NCBI RefSeq assembly: GCF_006345805.1
Contig: NC_043000.1
Span: 13,950,001 to 14,014,000 of the forward strand
DNA from: Octopus sinensis
Taxonomy: Eukaryota
Reading direction: 5' to 3'
Length of the DNA: 64,000 nucleotides
In this document: in pieces, positions 26,405 to 36,378 of the stretch
How positions within the stretch are numbered: the first letter of the stretch is position 1
How the letters are laid out: every line of letters begins with the position of its first letter
Translations under genes and position numbers: made by a program
Notes under the pieces: generated by a model
Told to the model about the DNA's origin: nothing
Database searches by the model: none
What the model saw: the letters and a program-made list of their open reading frames with translations, nothing else

Positions 26405-26816
26405 ATATGAGTGAGTGGACAAACAAAAGAACAGGGCACTCAACACAGTAGGAGTTACATGTATTATTTAAAACAGTTTGATTTGGTTTACAATTTTATA
26501 TATATATATGATCAAGACAGTTTGAATTTGAATGTATCCAACTAACTGTTACTCATATACCAACATCAAACCATGACACCATGTGACCATCCTTGACCAA
26601 TCACAGCCCACCTTACAGTCGTAACAATCAACTTCTGTCATTCAAAATTAAAATGGCTGATGACTAGCATCATGCATGAAACTCAAGGGTACCAACGAAT
26701 TGTGAATCAAACAGTTTTGATCCATACATGCAACTCCCAATAAAGTTTTGATCCATACATGTAACTCCCAATAAATTGGTTGAGTGCCTTTCTTTCGTTT
26801 GTCCACTCACTCATAT
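26405..26816 (+). mobile_element. Penelope-like tail-to-tail mini-element in (TA)n
   Basis: Inverted ends atatgagtgagtggacaaac..gcactcaac / gttgagtgc..gtttgtccactcactcatat; internal hammerhead motif, AATAAA and a 31-bp tandem duplication. Confidence 0.7.
26654..26694 (+). ncRNA. Minimal type I hammerhead ribozyme motif
   Basis: UGG CUGAUGA cuagcaucaugcau GAAA CUC aa GGG UA/CCA; GUA cleavage triplet; stem II imperfect. Confidence 0.6.
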
Positions 26817-27056
26817 ATATATATATATATGTGTGTGTGTATATATATATATAAATGCATGTGTACATACTATATCATCATTCGTTTTAATGTCCGTTTT
26901 TCCATGCGTGTATAGAACTGAAAGAATTCATTTAGAGGAAATTTGTTTAAGGTCAGATGCTTTTCCTGTTGCTGACATTCATCTTTTTTCTACCAAGATA
27001 TTCTTTCCCTATTTGCTGAACCACTAGGTTATGGTAATGTAAACACATGAACAATA

Positions 27057-27282
27057 TATTTCTTTACTGCCCACAAGGGGCTAAACATAGAGGGGACAAA
27101 CAGGGACAGACAAAGGGATTAAGTCGATTACATCGACCCCAGTGCGTAACTGGTACTTTATTTATCGACCCTGAAAGGATGAAAGGCAAAGTCGACCTCG
27201 GCGGAATTTGAACTCAGAACGTAACGGCAGACGAAATACGGCTACGCATTTCGCCCGGCGTGCTAACGTTTCTGCCAGCTCA
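27057..27282 (-). mobile_element. SINE family B nested in a SINE A (27011-27492)
   Basis: TSD atgaacaata at 27047-27056 and 27283-27292; tRNA-like head and Meta-like core. Confidence 0.92.
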
Positions 27283-27619
27283 ATGAACAATAGTTGTCAA
27301 GCAGTGATGAGTGACACACACATAAACACACATGGGCTTCTTTCAGTTTTCACCTACCAAATCCTCTCATAAAGCTTTTAGTCGGCCTTAGGCTGGAAAG
27401 CAGTTGTGCAAAAGTCATGCAGTGTGACTGAAGCCTGAATCATTTGGTTAAGTGGGAAGTAAACTTCTTACAACGCAGCCACTCCTACACCTATATATGT
27501 ATATAAAACCCATATACATTTCTATGTATGTACATATCACTATAGATATTTATTCACATGTATATCTGTGCGTAGTTTGTGCATGTATATACACACGCAC
27601 GCATAAAGGTTAAAACCAT

Positions 27620-28730
27620 GATATCATCATCATTTGATGTCCGTCTTCCAAACTGGCTTGGGTTGGACAGTTTGGCAGGACCCAGTGGGCCAAAGGTTTA
27701 CGTTGAGATCCAATGTCTGCTTTAGCTTGGTTCCTGCACCTGGACATCGATGTCCTTCCTAACACTAATCACTTAAAGAATGTTCTGGGTGCTTTTTATA
27801 TGACACAGCCTCGCTAACAAGGTCACCAAATAATTCGCCAGGGAAAAACAAAGATCCCTCAACTGAGTGAGGCTCTACTAGAGAGGGTGATAGACGACAG
27901 ATGGACAGGTACTAGCATCTAAACAAGTCAAAAGTGACGGTGACAAGGTGCCAATGCATATTCTCAAGGTGCAAGTTGTGTGTAAGAAAGAACAGGGACA
28001 GAATGCTTGGGAAGAGTGGGTGGCTAAGTTCATAGGAATGTGAGTGGAGTCTAATAGATGTAGGTGGAGGTGAAGGCAGTGAATGAGGAACAAGAGTGGA
28101 GGTGTTATTTAATAATAAATATCAGTATGGGGTGTGGAAAGGTGAAAGAAATAGGAGTGGCTCAAGCAGGAGGAAGTGATAAGTGACTGTACAAGGAGGG
28201 TGGAGTTTAGTAGTATAACTAACTTGTAGATGGAGCTGAAAATCATCGGAAGATGATGAATTTGATGGGAGTTCAGGAAAAGAGAGAGAGATGTACAGTA
28301 ATAGAGATAGAGGTTAGAAGTACATAGGGTTGGCTATGGTGCACGCAAGACAGGTGAGGATTGGGCATTGATGACAGATATGAGAGGGTGTTGAAGAAAG
28401 ATAGCAGATCCAAGTGGGTGTTAAAGACGAGGTATGTCATCTCAGAAGGGAGGAGGGGGGATAACCGGAAGCAGAGAAAGGGGTGATTAATGGGAAATAA
28501 GTGGGAGGGGATGGTATTGAGAATAAGGAATGGATTTTAAAATGAAGTGACTACAGGAAGACAAGGAAATACCTGGTAGAACAAAAGAGGGTGGAATATG
28601 TGCAGAACAGCTGAATAGTGCTTCTAGTTAGAACAATGATGGAGGATTGGGTATTAAGAAGATAAGGGGTTGGAGGGGCTTGATGGGGACAGGTTGGGAT
28701 CAGGAGCAGGGCCCAGGGAGTGTATAGACA
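27620..28730 (-). mobile_element. RTE-tailed element with a long purine-skewed body, possibly containing Penelope-derived sequence
   Basis: catcatcat tail and RTE 3' motif at 27620-27880; faint PLE-linker-like translation further in. Confidence 0.4.
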
Positions 28731-28969
28731 TTAACATAATACAAATCATTGTTTTACAACCTTACTCTTGTTATGAATGATGGGTCTTCTGAAGTGCAGC
28801 AAATCAAATAGTGTGTGTGTGCATAAATATATATATAGGTACACATCCTCTACACTGGCAGGAATAATGTTAATGTATTAAAAACTCATGTTGTATAGTA
28901 TTTGATACACCTGTGTTTGTCTATGTTGTATGCCACTGGCCACTCTGAACTATTTCTGTTAGCACATTG

Positions 28970-29380
28970 AGTGTGTGTGTATGTATATATAATGTATATG
29001 TGTGTATATATATATAATGTATATATGTGTATGTATATACATGTATATATATGTGTGTGTGTGTATGTATGTGTGTGTATATATATATATAATGTATATA
29101 TGTGTGTGTATGTATATACATGTATATATATGTGTGTGTGTGTATGTATATACATGTATATATGTGTGTATGTATATATGTGTGTGTGTATGTAATATAT
29201 ATGTGTGTGTATGTATATGTATATATGTGTGGGTGTGTGTATGTATATATATGCATATATATATATAATGTATATATGTGTATGTATATACATGTATGTG
29301 TATATGTATATTTTTATATTTATATAAAAATATATATTTACATGTATATACATTTGCGTGTTTATATATACATGTGTGTA
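28970..29380. repeat. Compound TA/TG microsatellite
   Basis: Alternating purine-pyrimidine tract. Confidence 0.9.
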
Positions 29381-29381
29381 T

Positions 29382-29720
29382 CCAGGACTCATTCTTTGTA
29401 AGCATGGTACTTATTCTATCAGTCTCTTTTGCTGAACCGCTAAGTTACAGGGGTGTAAACACATAAGCATCGGTTGTCAAGCGATATTGGTGGTGGTGGG
29501 GGAGGACAAACACAGACACACACACATATATATATGTGTGTGTGTATATATATACCACGGGCTTTTTTTCCAGCTTCCCTCTACCAAATCCATTTACAAG
29601 GCTTTGGTTAGCCTAAGGCTATAGTAGAAGACACTTGCCCAAAGTACCATGCAGTGGGACTGAACCTGGAACCATGTGGTTGGTAAGCAAGCTATTTACC
29701 ACACAGCATCTCATGCACCT
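29382..29720 (-). mobile_element. SINE family A
   Basis: gcagtgggactgaacctggaaccatgtggttggtaagcaagc. Confidence 0.88.
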
Positions 29721-29880
29721 GTGTGTGCATTAGCATTTATTTTATAACTGTATGTATATCAAAATATAGATACATACTTGTGCATACGTGTGTGTGTGTG
29801 TGTGTGTGTAGACATTTATTTGTAGATGTGTATATTGTGTATGTAATATATATATATATATATAATTACATACACATATA

Positions 29881-30731
29881 GATGTGGCAGTGTGTTAAGT
29901 TTATTTCCCAACCACATGGTTCTGGGTTCAGTCCCACTGCATGACACATTGGGCAAGTTTCTGTCGTCTTGGGTTGATCAATGCCTTGTAGGTATATTTG
30001 GTAGATGGAAACTGAAAGAAGCCTGTTGTGTGTGTGTGTCTGTGTTTGTTCCTCACTCGCATGAGAACTGGTGGCAGTGTATTTACATTCCAGAACTTGT
30101 ATTTCTGCAAAAGAGTCTGATAGTAAAAGTACCAGGCTCAAAAAGAAGTAAGCAATAGGGTCAATTGATGTGGCTAAAAATTCTTCAGTGTGTTGCTCCA
30201 GTATGGACACACATTCTAATGAATGAAACAAATAGAAGATACACACACAAACGTGTGTGTGCAAACACATACATATATGACGGCACAGATGTGACTGTGC
30301 AGTTAATTAAGTTTGCTGTACAACCACATGGTTTCGGGTTCAATCCCACTGTGTGGGACCTTGGACAAGCTGACCAAAGTCTTGAAGAGGACCTCATAGA
30401 CAGAAACTGAAAGAAACCCATCATATATATAGTGTCCTTGAGTCTGTTCCCCACCACTGTTTGACTATTGTTGATGTGTTTACCTTTTCTTCTCTATAAC
30501 TTAGCGTTTTGGCAAAAGAGACTGATAGAATAAGTACCACGCTTTGAAAAATATGTACTGGGATCTATTTATTTGACAAATTGTTTTTCAAGATGGTGCC
30601 CCAGCATGGCCGCAGTCTAACGATTGAAACAAGCAAAAAGGGCAAGTGTCTTCTACTATAGCCTCGGGCCGACCAAAGCCTTGTGAGTGGATTTGGTAGA
30701 CGGAAACTGAAAGAAGCCCGTCGTATATATG

Positions 30732-30809
<78 letters not shown>

Positions 30810-31026
30810 TGTGTGTGTCTGTGTGTTGTGTTCCCCCTAGCATTGCTTGACAACCGATGCTGGTGTGTTTATGTCCCCGTTACTTAGCGGTTCGGCAAAA
30901 GAGACCGATAGAATAAGTACTGGGCTTACAAAAGAATAAGTCCCGGGGTCGAGTTGCTCGATTAAAGGCGGTGCTCCAACATGGCCGCAGTCAAATGACT
31001 GAAACAAGTAAAAGAGTAAAAGAGTA
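29881..31026 (+). mobile_element. Three tandem SINE family A copies (29881-30240, 30281-30640, 5'-truncated young copy 30641-31026)
   Basis: Three successive family A bodies, each ending in a gaaacaa..aaaag-type tail. Confidence 0.85.
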
Positions 31027-31382
31027 TTCACACACACACATTTGTATGTGCATGCGTTTCTCTCGACGTCATGTGATAGTAGTAAGTGCTACTTTCATTC
31101 ATGGAAAGATATCTAGTTATGGGAAAATACTACCTTACTTGGAAAGAGATGAGGGTTGGTGAAAGCAATGGTATCAAGGTGTAGAAAATCTGCCTTAACG
31201 AATTCTGTCTGACCCATGCTAAAAAAAGGGAAACTAATGCTTATACACACACCCCTATGCGTACATATATTTTGCTGTGTATACAATATATATATATAGT
31301 GGATTGGTGTGTATATAAACTTATGTATGCAGATAAGTTAGTGCATATATGTACACACACCGTATATGTGTATGTATATATA

Positions 31383-31746
31383 TGTACGTGTGCATATATA
31401 TATATATGTACGTGTGTGTATATTTATATATATATATATATATATATGTACGTGCGTGCATATATACATATATGTATATATATGTACGTGCGTGCATATA
31501 TACATATATGTATATATATATATATGTACGTGTGTGCATATTTATATATATGTACGTGTGTGTATATTTATATATATATGTACGTGTGTGCATATTTATA
31601 TATATGTACGTGTGTGTATATTTATATATATATGTACGTGTGTGCATATTTATATATATGTACGTGTGTGTATATTTATATATATATGTACGTGTGTGCA
31701 TATTTATATATATGTACGTGTGTGTATATTTATATATATATGTACG

Positions 31747-31791
<45 letters not shown>

Positions 31792-31815
31792 ATATATGTA
31801 CGTGTGTGCATATTT
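31383..31815. repeat. Minisatellite with a 54-bp higher-order unit (26+28 bp)
   Basis: tgtacgtgtgtgcatatttatatata alternating with tgtacgtgtgtgtatatttatatatata; 18-aa periodicity in the ORF track. Confidence 0.9.
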
Positions 31816-32312
31816 ATAACTATATATATATATATCATACGTGTATATACATTGTGTACATTGTGTATATACTCATGTATGCATAAGTATACATATAACT
31901 TCTGTTTATATACACATGTTTTTGTGTGTGTATATATAATGTAGTTTTGCATCATTTTTTTTTTACACACACGCAGGATATATATTGTAATGCAAGAGTT
32001 GTAAAGTATATTAAATATTTTTTACGTAGCATAAACATTATCCCATGTAGAACTCAACATGTTGAGTTGAGTGGATAGAAATATTTGTATCAAAATTTAA
32101 TAGTGTGATGCGAGTTTCGGCCGAGGCTGCTCTGTTCACAACAGTTGCTAAGAGCTTGGGGGTGAAACCCTGAGTAGACTATATATTTTCAACTTTTTGC
32201 TTATAATAAAGACACTCAGTGTTATTTATGTATACGTGGATACATCTAGATACAAACGTATGCGCGTATATTAGTATATATTACAGATAAGGTATATATT
32301 CATGTATATATA

Positions 32313-32529
32313 TTTCGTTACTACCCACAAGGGGCTAAACAAGGACAGACAAACGGATTAAGTCGATTACATCGGCCCCAGTGCGTAACTGGTACTTAAT
32401 TTATCGACCCCGAAAGGATGAAAGGCAAAGTCGACCTCGGCGGAATTTGAACTCAGAACGTAACGGCAGACGAAATACGGCTACGCATTTCGCCCGGCGT
32501 GCTAACGTTTCTGCCAGCTCGCCGCCTTT
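32313..32529 (-). mobile_element. SINE family B, full-length young copy
   Basis: 18-bp TSD tatattcatgtatatata (32295-32312, 32530-32547); 5' end ggcggcgagctggcagaaacgttagc. Confidence 0.93.
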
Positions 32530-33399
32530 TATATTCATGTATATATACATATTGTATACACACACACATACACAACTGTATGTGTATTAGCGTGTGTGTG
32601 TGTTGAGAATTTCGGTCTCATAAAACTTCTGACTTAGTGGCCTGAAACCGGTTACCTACATACATATCATGAAATAATGTATGCGATTTATAGCTAGTAA
32701 TTCTTAATTTCTGACTGTTTATTATTGCTTTTATCATCACCATTATTATTATCACACTGTTTTTATACAAACGGACAAAACCCTCTGTAACCTTTCGTCC
32801 TGTTTTGTCCCTTTATGTTAAAATTAATTTTTGTCAGCCCTTGTGGGCAATAAAAGAATTAATTATTATTATTATTATTATTATTACTACTACTACTACT
32901 ATTATTATGGATAGTTTTGCACCATACGAGATTTGTAAATAAAATTATTATTATTATTCCACATTGATGTAGATGTTGCGGCTTTTGCATGTAACCTGAT
33001 GGGGGCAAAAGTTTCCAAATATTTGCATTATCACACGCTGAGGAATTATTAGAGAGAGAGAGAAGGTAAAGAAAGGAGTCCGTGGATGTGCGTGCGTGTG
33101 TGTGTGTAATGTGTGTAATGAAATGAGTACAAGGTTTGTAAAGAAATATAATAGGGTATGTGTATTAAATGCGAAATAATGCTTGTAAGCACACAACAAC
33201 AACACAGATTGTGTAGCAAATTTGCAAGTTGACAGCTCGGCATTTTGCCCGATCAATCCACCAGCTGTGCATCGTGTATTTTATTCTCTCTCTCTCTTGA
33301 TGTTGCGAGATACCAACCAAGGCCTTGCGTTTCTCCTAGCAATAACGTCCTGTATTTCGAATGTTGTTATTGCGTGCTGTTGGTACTCTTCGCTTCACT

Positions 33400-33830
33400 G
33401 ACTGCCTCTGTTCGACCCCACCTCTCTCTCCCTCACCGGCCTCCATCCATCCTTTCTTTATTTCTTCCTTCCTTCCTTTCTCTCCCCCCACCCTCACTGT
33501 TTAACTGATGCACGTCCAAGTGGTGGTGCCGGCAGTAGTAGAATAACGGTTGTCCGCCTTACTGCGTGCATGCGCTGTATTTCTGTAGTTTTGTGCTTCT
33601 TCTCCCCGGCGGCTCTGGCTGCGAGTATGTTAATCAAGTAGAGGAGGAAGTAGTAATGATTTATTCTTAATCACATCACAATGCTCCAGTTGGTAAAGTT
33701 GTAGAAGTGGTTTGCGTCTTGTTGAAACTATTTCTCTTCAAAATTCGCTGCTTCTCGGCCACCTAGCAAGTGCGAGTGTACGTAGCTTGTAAGTAAATAG
33801 TACCGTAGTTCGAGAACTTCATTCAGTGAG
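33400..33830 (+). promoter_or_regulatory. Probable promoter / TSS region
   Basis: CpG-enriched non-repeat DNA after a pyrimidine tract; NRF1-like gtgcatgcgc (~33566-33575); Inr-like tcagt (~33823-33827). Confidence 0.5.
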
Positions 33831-33982
33831 CTGCGGAAACTTGCTTGTAAGTAAAGTAAGCTGGCCAACTCGGTAGAGAACAGTCGGTAGTAGTAGTAGT
33901 AGTAGTGGTGGTGTGGTCGTCGTTGTAGTTCTAGTAGTAGTAGTAGTAGTAATCTTCTTCTCAACTGCCCGCCCTGTGCAGC

Positions 33983-34117
33983 ATGGCTGCAGGTTTTCGG
34001 GCTACGATTCCAGCCAATGCTTGTAGCAGGACGAATTACTCTCGGACAGCTGGCATACTACGCGCTATTATATTTAATTTAGCCACTAACGACGGATTTA
34101 TAACTTGCAGTCGCTAA
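33983..34117 (+). CDS. 44-aa short ORF, probable uORF: MAAGFRATIPANACSRTNYSRTAGILRAIIFNLATNDGFITCSR
   Basis: Strong Kozak agcATGg; stop precedes the candidate donor ctg|gttagc at 34185/34186. Confidence 0.45.
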   Translation: MAAGFRATIPANACSRTNYSRTAGILRAIIFNLATNDGFITCSR

Positions 34118-35147
34118 AACCCAACCGCCTGATCACATTAGTCGAACCAGTGCAAAGCAGCGGAACTAACACCACAAAAGCGCTGGTTAGCTTATTGTTT
34201 GTTTTTTTCAATATACATACATACATACATATCTATATTATATGTATATATAAATATATATGTATATATACTTATATATGTATATATATTTATATACACA
34301 TATATATATGGTATGTAATGAATATTCATGTATTCTGAAACCTACATCATACAAGACTTACCTGAACAGGAGTTAAGCCCAACGTGTTGAAAAATGCGAA
34401 AACACAGTAATTTCGATAAAGTAAGTTTGTGATAATTTTTATTATTTTAGTTTTATTAATATATATACCTTCCATGTGGGTCTTCATTCTTGCACAGAGG
34501 TAGAGAGCTGAGTAACGGTTAAAAACAACATTGGGGTGTGAATGTGTGTGTGCCAGAGATAGAGTGAGGGTAGGAGAGTCTTGTGTACGTAGCAGGCTAA
34601 AAAAATGTTTAGCGATCCAGTGTACTTTTACTGACTAAATACATGCAAATGATTAAAAATTCTGGTCTTAATTCTAAACAAAACTTCATCTGAGGTAGGT
34701 AATGTCTTAGGTTTGCTTTTCGTTTTTTTTTTAAAGCACCCTTCGCTAAACAACTTTTTACAACCGCTGTACTGACTTACAAGTATGGCTGGCACCATGT
34801 TTATCCATTAATGTTTGATTCGCTTCAATCAGACCAATTTCTACCGTGATACACGTATGCCTATCTTTACCTTACTCAATAATTTTTTTTTTTAATTGGT
34901 TATAATTAGAGTAATTAATTATACATTTCCGTTTCTCGAGGGCCTGTTTGATTCTCAGTCCATTAACAGATAACATCATGTATAAATTTATGAAAAAAAA
35001 ACCCAGCTTAAATCTTTTAGTAATATGCAAGTGATAAAGTAATAGTTTATGAATGGTATTAATATTTTGAACTTTTAAATCTAATTCTTTGTCCAGGCAA
35101 AACTTTGCTATTTTTGCTTTCTTGAATGTGCACTAAACTTTAGCGCT

Positions 35148-35544
35148 TTGGTGTTGCTCTTTATTTCGTTTTGTATTTATCATTTTCAGTGACTGAGTGA
35201 AATGTGCTCATCATTTATTGCTTAGTTAATCCAGTTGTTATGAAAAATTAAATTTTTTTAAATCTTCAATTACATCATTGTTTAAACTTTCTGATCTAAC
35301 AATCACTTACAACTTTGTTGTTGAAAACTTTTTTTGTTGCTTTGTAATTGGTGTTGCTCTTTATTTCGTTTTGTATTTATCATTTTCAGTGACTGAGTGA
35401 AATGTGCTCATCATTATTGCTTATTTATCCAGTTGTTATGAAAAATTAAATTTTTAATCTTAAAATTACATCATTGTTTAAACTTTCTGATCTAACATCA
35501 CTTACAACTTTTGTTGTTGAAAACTTTTTTTTTGTTGCTTTGTA
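35148..35544. repeat. 200-bp tandem duplication
   Basis: ttggtgttgctctttatttcg starts at 35148 and 35348. Confidence 0.95.
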
Positions 35545-36307
35545 CTGTAATCGTCTAAACTGGAAATAACTGTTAAAAAAATGCAACCTTCGGCTCCTCG
35601 CCTATCACCCTCCCTTTCCGCAGTTTTGTGTCCAACATGTTGGTTAGAACAGAGTCTCGAACCTGTTGAATGTAAAGCACGTGCGTTATGTTTGGACATG
35701 TGCATTAAGTATTTATATAACCTCTCAACGTCACAGACCACATGGTGATTACGTCATCGTGGCATTCCCTCATTCACTCACAGCCTCTCCGATGTTGATA
35801 CCGCTACTTCGTAGAGCAACAATTTAAACTTAATACATACCTCACCCCCCACACACACACAAACTGCTTCCCTTCAATCATCATCACTCCTAGTCCTTTA
35901 GGGGGCCCCTTTTTTTCCTCCCCCTCTTCTTTTGTTTTTCCTTATTAAAACAGTTACCTTACATACCACTTTTCGATGTGCCTACATTCATTCATTCATT
36001 CATTACCAATAGTTTATCATTCTAACATTATCGATCATGTTCTAGTTTGTTTAGTCGTCAAGAAATTCAATATATTTCTAAGTTCCTTCTAAACATTTTA
36101 TGTTTAACATTTTTTTTAAAGCTTGTGTCGTTAGTTCTTTAGTAATTACTTTGTAATTTGTTATATATATATATATATTATATTAAATTAGAGATAAAAC
36201 CACTATTAGGCAAATCATACAATGAAAAACTCAAGCCAATACATAAGATTAATTAATTTATATTATTTTAAATATATATCAAAATTATTAAAAAAAAGAT
36301 GATTAGT

Positions 36308-36378
36308 ATAACACTACGATCGTTTCATGGCTGTCCAGTTCTTAAAATTTCGGGTTACAGTCATTCTTCAGGTGATAT
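36308..36378 (-). ncRNA. Minimal type I hammerhead ribozyme (Penelope pLTR type) in a mini-element at ~36180-36385
   Basis: AUAUCAC CUGAAGA AUGACUGU..ACAGCCAU GAAA CGAUCG UA/GUGUUAU; palindromic stem III ACGAUCGU; GUA site. Confidence 0.75.

Noticed and set aside
14344-31970. Many 60-209 aa ORFs rich in Y/I/C/V/H/T
   Set aside because: They are translations of (TA)n/(TG)n/(CA)n repeats, open in several frames
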